In this document: positions 23,894 to 37,175 of the stretch, piece by piece | Numbering within the stretch: position 1 is the stretch's first letter | Layout of the letters: each line of letters opens with the position of its first letter | Assembly: GCA_964016885.1 (NCBI GenBank) | Contig: OZ024743.1 | Location: 65,906,001-65,970,000, forward strand | DNA: 64,000 nt | Direction: 5' to 3' | From: Eledone cirrhosa | Taxonomy: Eukaryota | Translations under genes and position numbers: made by a program | The notes under the pieces: generated by a model | What the model was told of the DNA's origin: nothing | What the model saw: only the letters and a program-made list of their open reading frames with translations | Databases searched by the model: none

Positions 23894-25513
23894 TAGCAGT
23901 TTAGCCCGGCGTTGCTCGGGTTTGTTCATTTGTTATGAAATGTTACATACAGGTAGCTTGAAAGAGCATAAACTTATCAATTAAGTGCATAAAGCAGTTG
24001 AACCGGTTATTAATAGTTACGAACCAATTACCACTTTGGACAATCAATGATGGGTTAATAATCTTCCAATAGCGAATTTAGTAGACCAAAGTTGCAAGAT
24101 GGTGGTCCTGATGCCGCTGGGTGTCAGATCTGTCCGCTATGGGTGACCCTACCAGTTTTCCAGACGGCATAGCTCCAACACCTCCAACAACTGCACCAAC
24201 ATCTATAGCACCTCTTTGTAGACGATATTGGATGTCATCCCTAGAGGAGTGTAAGCAAAAAGTCCATTCCTGCTCCCTACGCGGGAACAGGCAACATAAA
24301 GTTGGCCATGGGAGATTAGCCAGTTTCAGTTTGAACACTCTGGCAATGAGGTCATGTCTGTTCGAATAATTTTGCCCAGGAAAAAGTTCACGGGTTACAT
24401 TCCGATTCATGTCTATAGTATTAATCTGTTATATGAGGTGTTATTTTGCGGGTTGTTATTTTCAATAAGCAGATTGAAAATGCCCCAGATAAGCCGTATG
24501 CCAATACGGAACGCTCCACTGCAGTGTTGTCATATAGTGAGTGAAGAGCGAAAGAGAGAGTAAAGCAGTTAAATTATAGAGAGGGGGAATATACGGAACG
24601 CTCCATTTGATCATATACATTGTTTCTCTCTTTGCAGTGTTGTCATATAGGGAGTGAAGAGCGACAGAGAGAGAGTAAAGCAGTTAAATTATAGAGAGGT
24701 GGGAATGATCATGATCGATTTTTGCCCTTATTATTGATTGATTTGAAATTTTTTTGCTTCATGACCTTCTCCTGACCAAAAGCAATAATTGTCCGACTTT
24801 GAATAGAATCCCGTGAAAAAAATTTTTTCAGCTTTTTGTCTCATATTGAGAAAAACAAAGGAAGAAAATTACAAAAAGGACAACAATAAATTATAATGTC
24901 TTTGTTGAGAATCATGTAAATAAATGCTTAAGCGTCGTTATTGTTACGTTTGTTGTTTTATAAATTCATCTGTTGCTTTTGAATATTTGTTATTTGATGT
25001 AAAATGTGTGTAAAATGTAACGTTGAGAGAGCAGTATGTATTTAGTGTTATCGGCTTTTTAAATTTTGATATTTGATGTATGAATGTCGTTATGACTGTT
25101 TGTTGCTTAGGTTTCAAAGTTTGTGTCGCATTCCTTCAAAAGAAATTTTGTCGTTGTTCTAAACTGTAAAGGGTAGTAGATGGAGGCAGTAACCTTTTAA
25201 AGAGAGTTGCAGAGGAGATTGAGAGTGGAGTAGAGGAAAAGATGAACCTTTTAAAGAGAGTTGCAACATGTATGTAGTTTCATATATTTTGATGGTAGTA
25301 GTGAGAGGAATGAAGCGTGTAAGAGAGAGGGTTACAGCATGTATTTAGTTTTATCGATTCTTTTTCATAGAAGCAGGAAAGCTTTGGCAAAAATAATTAC
25401 GCGTTGACCTGCCCTGGTAAATTTGAAGTACATTGGTAAAAGAATTCATCAAAATCGGTAGAGAAATGTGGAAATGCATAAAAATCATACACACACACAG
25501 ACAGACATCTACC

Positions 25514-25530
<17 letters not shown>
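23893..25530 (-). mobile_element. Non-autonomous Helitron with a Rep-domain remnant
   Basis: 3' end on minus strand CCCGAGCAACGCCGGG hairpin + CTAG|T; internal NRNVTRELFPGQNYSNRHDLIARVFKLKL (about 24320-24410) resembles Helitron Rep; the other end (AAAATCGGT...ACAGACA...TTTTATATA) is lost in (TA)n. Confidence 0.8.
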
Positions 25531-25552
<22 letters not shown>

Positions 25553-26081
25553 TTTAGTACAGCATTGACGAAGCTTTAGTATACGGCCAAGCTAGCGTAT
25601 ATGCATAATCGGTTTGTAGCTTTAGCACTCGGATGAGGTAAGACCCCAGAGTAATAACATTACGTTCAGACAGCTTAGCAAATCAGATATAGCAGTCGGT
25701 AGTCCAACCGCATTACCAGAGCAACGAAAATACAGGACCCAGGAAAAGATTTTATACTGACCCGGACAAAGCGGTGAGGCCGAGTGTAAAATATATAATA
25801 TATATATATATATATTAGTAAAAAGGAAAAGAAAATGGTGACAAATTTTTTGCCAGTGAGAAATAAGTATAAATTAATAATAAGTATTCAGTATTTAGTA
25901 TTTCAAGTTTTTACCGGTTGCGCATTTCTAATGCTTTTCAAAAATAATTTTGAGATAGAGTGCTCGTGATTTTTTCTCTAATCTGCATATATATATATAT
26001 ATATGTATAAAATGATATGCATATACATAAATACATATGTTAAGAGAGAGAGAGAGAGAGAGTGAGTGAGGGAGAGAAAGG

Positions 26082-26112
<31 letters not shown>

Positions 26113-26414
26113 GGAAAGAGGGAAAGAAAGAAAGGAAGGGAGAGAGAGAGAGATACTCGTTTATCTGTTCCAGTCGACTGGTTGAGGCCATGCTGGGGCA
26201 GACATTTATCTCTCTATCGCTCCACTACCCTCACACAATATATTATTGGGCTAAATAGACATAATAGTTGTTTATTAATTCACCCTCCCCTGTTATATTT
26301 CTAGTATATCTTTTATGTGTTATGAACTTGAGGAAATATGTGTTAAAGGATTGGAAGAGAAGATGGAGGTCAGAGAAAGAGAGAGGGAGATAAAAACTGA
26401 GGATAAAAGAGGAC

Positions 26415-26458
<44 letters not shown>

Positions 26459-26641
26459 TGTGTGTATGTGTGTGTGTGACAGAGAGAGAGAGAGGGTGAT
26501 ACAGAGATGTAGAGAATGCTAAATATTATGTATAACACTTTGTATTAAAAGTGTGTACTCACAAACATACAAACACACGATGTGTATACACACACACACA
26601 TATATATATATATGTATTCAAACATATATATATATATATGT

Positions 26642-26763
<122 letters not shown>

Positions 26764-26839
26764 ATAGTCAGTAAAATCGAAGTTGCAGCAGCGATTAGCA
26801 TATTTCGAAATCAATTTTCTGAGGCTGGTACGAAGCACT

Positions 26840-26877
<38 letters not shown>

Positions 26878-26881
<4 letters not shown>

Positions 26882-27440
26882 TGGCTGCCAACTCGTTTTC
26901 GAGTACGGCCACTACTTTATATCCATGTAGGAGAACCCCTACCGATGCGCTGAACGAATGTGACTTTTTAGTCCAGCCAGCGACTTGAAAATTCTGGTAC
27001 AAAGACTACACTTGTGACTATTATTGACACATAGTGCAGGGCCCATGGTACCATGTGATGACAAGTGCAGAGAGATCTCCAGATACAAAGCAATGCCTGT
27101 GCCGTGAAGCTTTTATAGTGAGCAAAGGCACTGCACAAAGCCAGTCCCACTCTCTTAACCAAGATGATATTTACCAAAAAGAAGAACAAGTCAACATCAT
27201 TGGATACCATCAGGGTTGCAGGTGTTATATCAGAGTTTTCCTGCTCCTAGAATTCTGCCTTGACAAAGGCTAAGGGGTCATCTCTCCCGGTGATTTTGGA
27301 TGGCTATTGACTCTTAAGAGCTCCCTTGCCCTTTGGCAGGTTTTGTTTTTAGTCCTGCAGGATGTCCAAAGTCACCCTCCTCACCAAGAAACCTTGGTGG
27401 GGTTGCCAGTTTAGTCGCCAACGACCCGACCATGAGACAG
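26878..27440 (-). mobile_element. Bipartite non-autonomous RTE-type element, copy C
   Basis: Reverse complement of about 1815-2376; embedded in (TA)n on both sides. Confidence 0.88.
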
Positions 27441-27462
27441 TATATATATATATATATATATA

Positions 27463-27531
27463 TGAAAAACAAGGGGAGAAGAATACTGCATGGTTGCACA
27501 TGGATTACATATTATAAAATTAGTATCCCAG

Positions 27532-27564
<33 letters not shown>

Positions 27565-27621
27565 AACAAGGGGAGAAGAATACTGTATGGTTGCACATGG
27601 ATTACATATTATAAAATTAGT
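27463..27621. repeat. About 60-bp direct duplication separated by (TA)n; probable Penelope pseudo-LTR remnant
   Basis: GAAAAACAAGGGGAGAAGAATACTG(C/T)ATGGTTGCACATGGATTACATATTATAAAATTAGT twice; adjacent minus-strand CTGATGAGGG. Confidence 0.6.
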
Positions 27622-27835
27622 CCCTCATCAGTGATTTGCCAACCATCATTGGTATTTCATCGCATTAAAAATCAGATACCTCAGGTTGGTGCGAGCAATA
27701 ACTAAAATAAGCTATTGGGACAAGTGAAACGCGTAAAGCGAGTGAGACAAGTAAACAACAGAAGGAAAAGCAAACCGAAGGTTGGAAAACAGCAAGCCAC
27801 AATATATATATATAATATATATATATATAATATAA

Positions 27836-27968
27836 TTGTTACTACTATTTGGCACAAAGCCAGCAATTATAACAGTTCATTACTGGCACTTTATTTTATC
27901 GACCCCGTAAGGATGAACGGCAAAGTTAACCTCGGCGGGATTTGAACTCAGACCTTAAAGAGCCGTAA
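27836..27968 (-). mobile_element. Partial SINE
   Basis: TTTTATCGACCCCGTAAGGATGAACGGCAAAGTTAACCTCGGCGGGATTTGAACTCAGA. Confidence 0.85.
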
Positions 27969-28014
27969 CACACATTCACATACAGAAACACACACACAAG
28001 CAGACATGTATGTA

Positions 28015-28862
28015 TCATCATCATCGTCATCATCATCATCATCATCACCGTTTTACGTCCATTCTTCCATGCTAGCATGGGTTAGACGGGTTGTCCTGTT
28101 GAGGGCAGTGTCTGGTCAACTGACCATGCCTTGCTCATACAGGAACTGATTTTGGCTTGATTTCTACAGCTGGATGCCCTTCCTAACACCAACTTCATTT
28201 ACAGTGAGTGCTGGATGCTTTTTTTCCGTGGCGCCTACACGTCCACTTTACAGTGTGGGATGGGTGCTTTTTTTGCGGTGGCACCTCCACAACCACTTTG
28301 TAGTGGGAGGGTGTGGGGGCATATTGTCTATATGCTTCAGCTTGTACCTACGGGAGGTCGAGTACTCTGTATTACTGCGTGACGCCTGAGGTCACGGTCG
28401 TGAGGTGTAACGCCTGAGAGGTGTAATTTTGTAAGGTCGGCTTTTATCACCTCATCCCAAGTCTTCTTGGGTCTTCCCACTCCGCGGTTTCCATTGACTT
28501 CTAGTGCTCTGCACCTTTTTATGCAGCTGTCATCCTTCATATGTATCACATGTCCATACCAACGCAACCGCTTCTCCTGCACACAGCATTTGATTGTTCT
28601 TATGCTCAGTCTCTCTCTCAATTCATTTATGCTTTGCTGTTCGCGTATATTACTATTACACATCCATCGGAGCATGCAGGTTTCGTTTCTTTCTAATCTA
28701 CGTAAGTCTTCCACCTTCAGCGCCCAGGTCTCACTACCATGTAATATTGCTGTTCGGATACACGCATCATACAGTCTGCCTTTCATTTTGAGGGAGAAGC
28801 CTTTTGCAGCTAGCAGTGGCAGTAGTTCCCTGAGCTTCTTCCATCCCGTTCTTACCCTAGTT

Positions 28863-28866
<4 letters not shown>
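28015..28866 (-). mobile_element. 3' fragment of a second RTE-clade LINE family with (GAT)n tail
   Basis: ORF 28337..28786 KGRLYDACIRTAILHGSETW...RLRWYGHV...RGVGRPKKTW, typical of the RTE C-terminus; (CAT)n at 28015-28047. Confidence 0.88.
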
Positions 28867-28898
<32 letters not shown>

Positions 28899-28912
28899 AA
28901 GGCTTCTACAGG

Positions 28913-28995
28913 ACTAGAACTGTTTCATTCAGGAGAAATCATCAGGAAATCATCAGGGCTTCCTGATGACTTCTCCTGAATGAAACAGTTCTAGT
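28913..28995. repeat. Short inverted repeat carrying a hammerhead-like CTGATGA...GAAAC motif on both strands
   Basis: ACTAGAACTGTTTCATTCAGGAGAAATCATCAGG ... CCTGATGACTTCTCCTGAATGAAACAGTTCTAGT, within (TA)n. Confidence 0.75.
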
Positions 28996-29012
28996 TCTAT
29001 ATATATATGCGT

Positions 29013-29089
<77 letters not shown>

Positions 29090-29301
29090 TGGAGTATCTA
29101 TATAATCAGTTTCACGTAACTCTGCATTACTCGCAGTTACATTCAAGGCGAAAACCTGTCTAAATCGTCAAGTGCATCTGAGCTTAGCTCCAAGTTCAAT
29201 CCTTCATTTGTTTTACTTCTCCCAAATGCAATTGATAATTCCAATATGTTTATAATCGATGTTAATCTATCTATCTATCTATCTATTTATCTATATTATA
29301 A

Positions 29302-29935
29302 ATGTTTCTACTTTTGGTACAAGGCCAGCAATAATCCAGTACATTACTGGTACTTTATTTTATCGACCCCGTAAGGATGAAAAGCAAAGTTAATCTCAGC
29401 GGGATTTTAACTCAGATCGTAAAGGGCCGTAACTCTTTGCATCAAAGCATGGCGTCCGACCCTCTACTGATACTGCCAATCCACCGCACAACATAATGAA
29501 ATTTAATATAATAGTGATAATGTTTCTACTTTTGGCACAAGGCAAGCAATCACACCAGTGTATTACAGGTACTTTATTTTATCGATCCCGTAAGGATGAA
29601 AGGCAAAGTTAACCTTGGCGGGATTTGAACTCACAAGGTCATAACTCTATGCTGCAAAGCATGGTGTCAGACGCTCTACCTATACTGCCAAACCACCGCC
29701 CTTAAATATAATAATAAGGGATTCTTATATAGGCATAAGGTCAGCAATTTTGAGGGCGGGAAAAATCGATTAAATCGACTCCAGTGCGTTATTGGTGTTT
29801 TATTTTATCGACCCCGTAAGGATGAAAAGCAAAGTTAACCTCGGCGAGATTTGAACGCAGATCATAAAGGGCTGTAACTCTATGCTGCAAAGCATGGCGT
29901 CCGACCTTTTACCGATACTGCCAATCCACCGCCCT
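29302..29935 (-). mobile_element. Three head-to-tail SINE copies
   Basis: Three successive GGATGAAA(A/G)GCAAAGTTAA...GATTT(G/T)AAC...TACTGCCAA(T/A)CCACCGC units. Confidence 0.9.
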
Positions 29936-30309
29936 TTATAATAATAATAATGATAACAATAATAATATGTATATATCTTCCTCTCTTTGGCTACTGTTTC
30001 TAGCAGAATCCTTTGGAAAGAGACCTCGTTCTCTCGTAGCAGTAAATTGTAGAAATATATATATAACCCAGCAATGCTAACATACATATGTTAATCATTT
30101 GCACGGTGATATACACTCTATTGCGGACAAGGGAAATTTGGCTACTGTTTTTAGCCAAATTTAGGGACCACAGGTAGAATTTCTCAGTCTTGTGGCAGTA
30201 GATAGTTGAAATATATTGGCATCACAACGATGCGGTCGTACATATGTTAAACATTTAAGCAATGATACACATTGTAATGCGGTCGTGCCCACGCAAAACA
30301 CTCGTAACC

Positions 30310-30984
30310 AATCACACACACACATATATACACAAGCACACAGCGATTCACACATACACACTCGCAAACACAATCACACAGACACACACATACATATACA
30401 AAACACACAGAGATTCACAATTCACACGCATACACACAAAGAAAAACCACACGGAGATTCATACACACAAACACACACAAGAACACAGAGATTTACACAC
30501 ACACACGCACACGCATACACACACACACATATTTACACGCACTCACACACACAAAATCACACAGAGATTCACACGTATACACTCACAGAAAGCACCATTC
30601 ACACACACACACATACACAAAATCACACACAGATTCACACGCATGCACACATACGCACAAATAACCCACTCGGAGATTCACACACATACACACACACAGA
30701 AATACAAACAACCACACATATTTACACGCACACACACACAAATGCACACACAGATTCACACGCACACACACACGTACAAGTACACACACACATACAAACA
30801 CACACACAAAAGCACACGCATAGATTCACACATACATACAAACACACTCACAAGCACACAGAGATTCTCTATCACACACACACTCACAAGCAAACAGAGA
30901 TTCTCTCTCACACACACACACACAAGCAAACACAGAGATTCACACCATCGTACACACACACACAAAAATAACCCACATGGAGAT

Positions 30985-31046
<62 letters not shown>

Positions 31047-31120
31047 GCACACAGATATTTACACGCACACACACACAAAAGTACATAAAAATTCACACAC
31101 ACACGTACACACATACACAG
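30310..31120. repeat. (CA)n-derived minisatellite with recurring CAGAGATTC motif
   Basis: Directly visible. Confidence 0.9.
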
Positions 31121-31175
31121 CAAGACAGTATCTAGTAGTTTATGTGTTAATGATGTAAATACGGAACATTTCTAA

Positions 31176-31362
31176 CTGGTGAATTGGCAGTATTGGTAGA
31201 GAGTTGGACGCCATGATTTGACGCATAGAGTTAAGGCCCTTGCCATTCCTAGTTCAAATCCGGCCGAGGTTAACTTTGCCTTTCATCCTTACAGGGTCGA
31301 TAAAATAAAGTACCAGTAATGCACTGGGTATTGCTGGCCTTGTGCCAATAGCAGAAACAATT
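31176..31362 (+). mobile_element. SINE
   Basis: GGTGAATTGGCAGTATTGGTAGA...AGTTCAAATCCGGCCGAGGTTAACTTTGCCTTTCATCC. Confidence 0.85.
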
Positions 31363-31504
31363 ATTACACAATTATTACTGGGTTAATAACTGTTTTATAA
31401 TCCAAACATCCTTCTCTGACATTACACCAACCACTGTTTTCTCATACTATACTATACCACATATATATATATATATATACACACACATATATATATATAT
31501 ATAT

Positions 31505-31579
<75 letters not shown>

Positions 31580-31652
31580 TATATATATACACACATATAT
31601 ATATATACACACATATATATATATATACACACATATATATATATATATATAT

Positions 31653-31743
<91 letters not shown>

Positions 31744-31751
31744 TATATATA

Positions 31752-34268
31752 CTAGCAGAAGTACCCGGCGTTGCCCGGGTGTAAGTCGACCTTTGGTCTG
31801 TTAGAATGTGTGAAAGTTACATCCCGCGCATCACAGGTTCAAATCTTCGAACTTCAATGAAAAAAAAATAGGTTACTAGACACAGATGTGTAATTTATTA
31901 ATTGTAGTTACACAGTGTATCGTTGAAATTGTTCTCTGCACGACTGACGGAAGTCAAAATCGCTTGATATTGAATGTTCAGTTAATTTAAAGCAGGGTGA
32001 AAATGTCGATTACTTTCAGGGTTCTTTTTTTTTTTACAATTTTTGCGCTCACATGTACAGAAGAAGAATTAAAAGGGCCTTTATCTTAACCGCGGCATAA
32101 TGGCGAGTCTTTTGTGACAGTTTTCAAGAATATAGGACGTTCCTGTAAAAAGTTTTCCCATGTGTAACTTTGCCTCTTTTTTTGCGCAAAGTCGAGCCCC
32201 GTCTTCAGTTTTATTGATTTTTTACATCAATGCGTGATCTCTGAAGTAGATTTGAGTAGCTAAAAACCTGTCCCGGTAAATTTGCTATAGGTGAAAAAAA
32301 GTTGATCAAAATTGTATCTAGGGTTATTGCCCTTTGCCACAGCCTCAAGCCTCGTCTGACGGGATGTTGGTGATTCCTCCGCCAGCGCTTGTTGGCGACG
32401 AAGGCGAACATCAGCAAGCCTTGTCGTACGTGATGTTGGTGACTCAACCAGCCGGGAAAGACGTCTATCAGCGAGTCGAGATTCGCGCTCAGCAGGTGTT
32501 TCCTAGAGAAAATTAATTAATTCTATTGGTTAGCTAAGCCAATGGCAGTGTCAATAATAAATGAGAAAAGTCTAACATGAACAAAAGGGAATCAAGGTAA
32601 GACAATAAATTTAATATAACTACGATTAGAATGTTGTAGTTGCTTAAAAGTGGTGACAGTTAGGATAAACGCAGTACTTGCTAACATTAAGGGAGAATAT
32701 TGTATAAAGGATTAATCAATTGTGAATGAACTCATACCTGAGAACGCCTAATTCGTTGTCTCAAAGCAGTAGCTGTACCTTTTTGGAGGTAAGTCTTGAA
32801 CGTTTCCGTGTGGGCATAACGACGTGTAACGAAGCTGTTAGGTTAGAGAGAGGTGATTAAATACAGAGAGAGATGACACCAGATTCGTTAGCATGGTTAC
32901 TGGTGAATGGGAAGGTTTGGAAATATGATTACAATAACTTACCGAATTTTCCCGTCTATAAATTGCACTTAAAATAATTAAATTTAATCAAAAAACAGCT
33001 CTGCGCTTTATACTCCGGTGGGCCTTATGTATAAATAATACAATGGTAATCAATCACGGCTCTAACAGAAGTAATAGATCTAGACTAAAAGTAAAGAAGA
33101 TAGTATTTTCTTGGTTGGCCTTACACGCCGTTGCGCGGACCTGATTTTAAATGATACGCCTTATATCCTGGTGAGCCTTATAGAGCGGAAAATATCTATT
33201 GGAAAAGAATACGAATTCATGACCAAGGTGTGACAAAATAGGCGTCTATACAGCGCCTGAAACAAACTTGTCCAAAACCCTAGGATTTTTCTCGTTAAGT
33301 ATCCACCCAAAAGGAACCGTTTTTTAGTTACAAAAAATAACCAAAGTGTATAGTAGCTATATTTCTGACATATCATGCCAAAAAGAACAATATATTCAAA
33401 AAATGTTCTAAAGTACATTCAATCACTTTTTGACCGATATCTTAATAAGCAAGTTATCGATTTTTTATTGGCTGTCAGTGTCTATCTGCATGCAGGTGTG
33501 CACGTGTGCGCAATTAATTGCAAATACGCTCATAACATTTAGTCGTAAGCAGAACAAAAAATGCCATTAGAGGTGGGCTAATAATGAAGACACAAACCCT
33601 GGTGAACTTACGTTTAAACACCCGAAAAGTTACTCACTTCCTGTGCAAAAGACTGTATTATAAATTAAGTAATTTTTTAGAATCTTTTGTTTAAAAAAGG
33701 AAAACATTGGTACGACGTAACATTTTTTACAACTTTGTATGTGTACAATACAACTTGGTCAACGTATTATTTAGTAATTTTTTTTTCAAAAAGCATGATT
33801 ATTTAAGACTGTTTGAAAATTTACTCACAGCTTTTACCATCACAAAAGACACCATTAAATTTGGTTCCCTTTTCAGATAGGGATAATACTGTATTTCCAC
33901 TTGAATAAGGTGGAATATGAAAAGATAAACTCTTTAATGGTCGGTCGTTTACTGAGACAGCTGGGAAGATATGCAGCTCGCCGTCCAATCAATAACGCAC
34001 GTCCTTATATGGGCATATGAAATTTATTTTTATTGCGCCAGATGTAAACTAAGAGTTCTTGTGTTCGAATTCACATAAAATTTCATTGGAATCGAAAAAC
34101 ATTCTGTCATAGGGCCCGATTATCGATTTTTCGAAAATTTCAAGTAGCCTATTCCACTCTACGCGTTGAGTTTTATATATATGTGAGGTTTCATGAAAAT
34201 TGGATGAACGGTGTAGCATGCAAGTTCGGAACAGCAAACAATGTCCATCTTCCCTTTATATATATAGA
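31752..34268 (-). mobile_element. Non-autonomous Helitron (2.5 kb) with both termini intact
   Basis: Minus strand A|TCTATATATATAAAGGG ... ACCCGGGCAACGCCGGGT hairpin-ACTTCTG-CTAG|T; A/T insertion site, no duplication. Confidence 0.85.
32940..33200. mobile_element. Degenerate pogo/Tc1-mariner-type MITE nested in the Helitron
   Basis: TACCGAATTTTCCCGTCTATAA ... TTATAGAGCGGAAAATATCTA imperfect terminal repeats with internal GCCTTATA motifs. Confidence 0.5.
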
Positions 34269-34273
34269 TATAT

Positions 34274-34374
<101 letters not shown>

Positions 34375-34377
34375 CAC

Positions 34378-34480
<103 letters not shown>

Positions 34481-34499
34481 TATATATATATACACACAC

Positions 34500-34534
<35 letters not shown>

Positions 34535-34743
34535 TATATATATACATACAGACACACACACTCTCACACATACACACATAGATACTCTCTCTCTCTCACA
34601 CATATATACACACAGACACACACACTCTCACACATACACACACATAGACACACTCTCTCTCTCACACACATATATATTTATACAAACACACACACACACG
34701 TATTAACTCACACACACACACACACATATATATATATCCAAAT

Positions 34744-34814
<71 letters not shown>

Positions 34815-35001
34815 TGTATATATATCTAAATAAACACACACACACTCTCCTTTTCTGTGTCTATCATACACTCTCGTTATCATTTTCCTTTTTCCACTTT
34901 TTGTATTGTTTTCTATTTCCCCTATAAATATGATTACATACATAAGTATGTATGTATTAGTGCAGACACACACACACACACACACACACATACATACATA
35001 C

Positions 35002-35414
35002 ATGGTGGCTGCCAACTCGTTTTCGAGTACGGCCACTACTTTATATTCATGTAGGAGAACTCCTACCGATGCGCTGAACGAGTGTGACTTTTTAGTCCAG
35101 CCAGCGACTTGAAAAGTCTGGTACAAACAGTACACTTGTGACAATTACTGACACATAGTGCTGGGCCCATGGTACCATGTGACGACAAGTGCAGAGAGAT
35201 CTCCAGATATAAAGCAATGCCTGTGCTGTGAAGCTTTTATAGTGAGCAAAGGCACTGCACAAAGCCAGTCCCACTCTCTTAACCAAGATGATATTTACCA
35301 AAAAGAAGAACAAGTCAACATCATTGGATACTATCAGAGTTGCAGGTGTTATATCAGAGTTTTCCTTCTCCTAGAATTCTGCCTTGACAAAGGCTAAGGG
35401 GTCATCTCTCCCGG
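35002..35414 (-). mobile_element. Bipartite non-autonomous RTE-type element, copy D
   Basis: Reverse complement of about 1965-2376; (ACAT)n on both sides. Confidence 0.88.
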
Positions 35415-35419
35415 ATACA

Positions 35420-35455
<36 letters not shown>

Positions 35456-35499
35456 TATACAAAAGTTAATGTATTGCATGTGTATGAACATAAATATGT

Positions 35500-35534
<35 letters not shown>

Positions 35535-35719
35535 GTTAATGTACGCATATGCATGTGTATAAACATTAATAAATAAATAATATATATATATATATATATA
35601 AAATGATGAGTTTTATTGCTCTGGAGTTTCACTGCTATATTTACTGGGTCATCAGATAAACATTTGTCTTGTATGTATGTATGTATGTATGTATGTATGT
35701 ATGTATGTATGTATGTATG

Positions 35720-37062
35720 TAGTTACAGATGATGTCGATCTTTTCTTGTTTTCGGGTTATAGCTACTGTCGCTCAGAGAGTGGGATTGGTTCAGTGCACA
35801 GTCTTTCCTCACTTCACGCACAACAATCTTCACGCACAAGAATTAATTAATAATTATTAATAACTAGCAGCAGTACCCAGCGTTGCCTGGGTAGGTAAAA
35901 TAATATCTGCTTTGATGAAAAGGTGTTGATCTTAGCGACTGCTTCTCAATGACTCATCTATGGCCACACACAGGCCATGCGGGGGAGGGTGGTGATGACC
36001 TCTATCACTGAGAAACGCGCGTGACTGACGAAGGGTCATGCTGGGGGAGGGAGGTAATGACCTCTAACACTAAGCCAATTTTTCTCACGCTACTTGATTG
36101 GAAACCGATGAATTCTCAAATATACAACTAAAAACTCAGACGACGTCAGTGGCTATCGTTTTGCCTTTGACCATCTATAAGATGAGCAATGATAGGTTCT
36201 ATCGTAGTATAAAAGTTGAACCAAATAAATTGATTTATGTGTGAGGTGGAGCCGAAGTTTCGAATTTGAACGAAATCGGTTGAAAAATGTGGGAGCTAGA
36301 GCCGAAAAGGCGGAAATTTGAGCGAAAAGGTGGTATTTTCGAATATTTAAACGGCTGCCACGCCGTTCCTGAACAAAATATCCAAAATGTAAAGCCACTT
36401 TAAGACCTGAAATAATCAGATCTAGCGTAGTGTAAAATCTGAACAAAGTAGGTTGATTAATGTAGGAGCTAGAGCTGAAAAAGTGGAAATTTGAGTCTAA
36501 AAGTGGTAATTTTTAATATTTAAGCGGCTGCCACGCCGTCCCTAAACAACAAATGCAAAATATAAATCCATTACATGATGTGCAATGATAAATTCTATTT
36601 TGCTTTAAAATTTGAACGAAATCGGTAGCAAAATGTGGGAGCTAGTGCGAAAAATCTTATTTTTCTATACCTAAAAAAAGATGACGCCCCTATCGATTTT
36701 TATCTGCAGAATGACCTCGGAATAAAATAAACGATACGCTGATATATAGAAAACACTCCCCGATGACTAATCTATGAGCCTGTAAAGTTTCATGAAAATC
36801 GGTCATAAGACCCCTATAGGTAACACACAGACACACAGACACACACACACACACATGCTTAATTTTATATATATACAGATGTTATCTTGTGCATACTCGA
36901 TAACGAGGGGGCAGCCATAATCATATATGTATGTATGGATGTATGTATGTATGCATGTATGTATGCATGCATGTATGTCTGCATGCATGTATGTATGTAC
37001 GCATGTATGTATGTATGCACGTATGGATGTATGTATGTATGTATGTCTGCATGCATGTATGC
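35720..37062 (+). mobile_element. Minimal bipartite derivative of the 42-46 kb RTE, interrupted by a Helitron
   Basis: 35720-35860 matches the RTE 5'UTR 42110-42258 (TTCGGGTTATAGCTACTGTCGCTCAGAGAGTGGGATTGG); 36890-36920 matches its 3' end CATACTCGATAACGAGGGGGCAGCCAT followed by (ATGT)n. Confidence 0.75.
35864..36879 (-). mobile_element. Non-autonomous Helitron (1.0 kb) with internal tandem repeats of about 175 bp
   Basis: Minus strand A|TCTGTATATATATAAAA ... ACCCAGGCAACGCTGGGT hairpin + CTAG|T; repeated AATGT(G/A)GGAGCTAG units at about 36285, 36460 and 36632. Confidence 0.85.
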
Positions 37063-37175
37063 ATGAAAGGCAAAGTTTTCCTCGACGGGATTTTAACTCA
37101 GAGGGCAACGAAACGAAACTAGTACTGCAAAGCGTCTTATCCGACGTTCTAACGACTCTTCCAATTCGTCGCCTC
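37063..37175 (-). mobile_element. Diverged SINE 5' half
   Basis: ATGAAAGGCAAAGTTTTCCTCGACGGGATTTTAACTCAGA. Confidence 0.7.
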
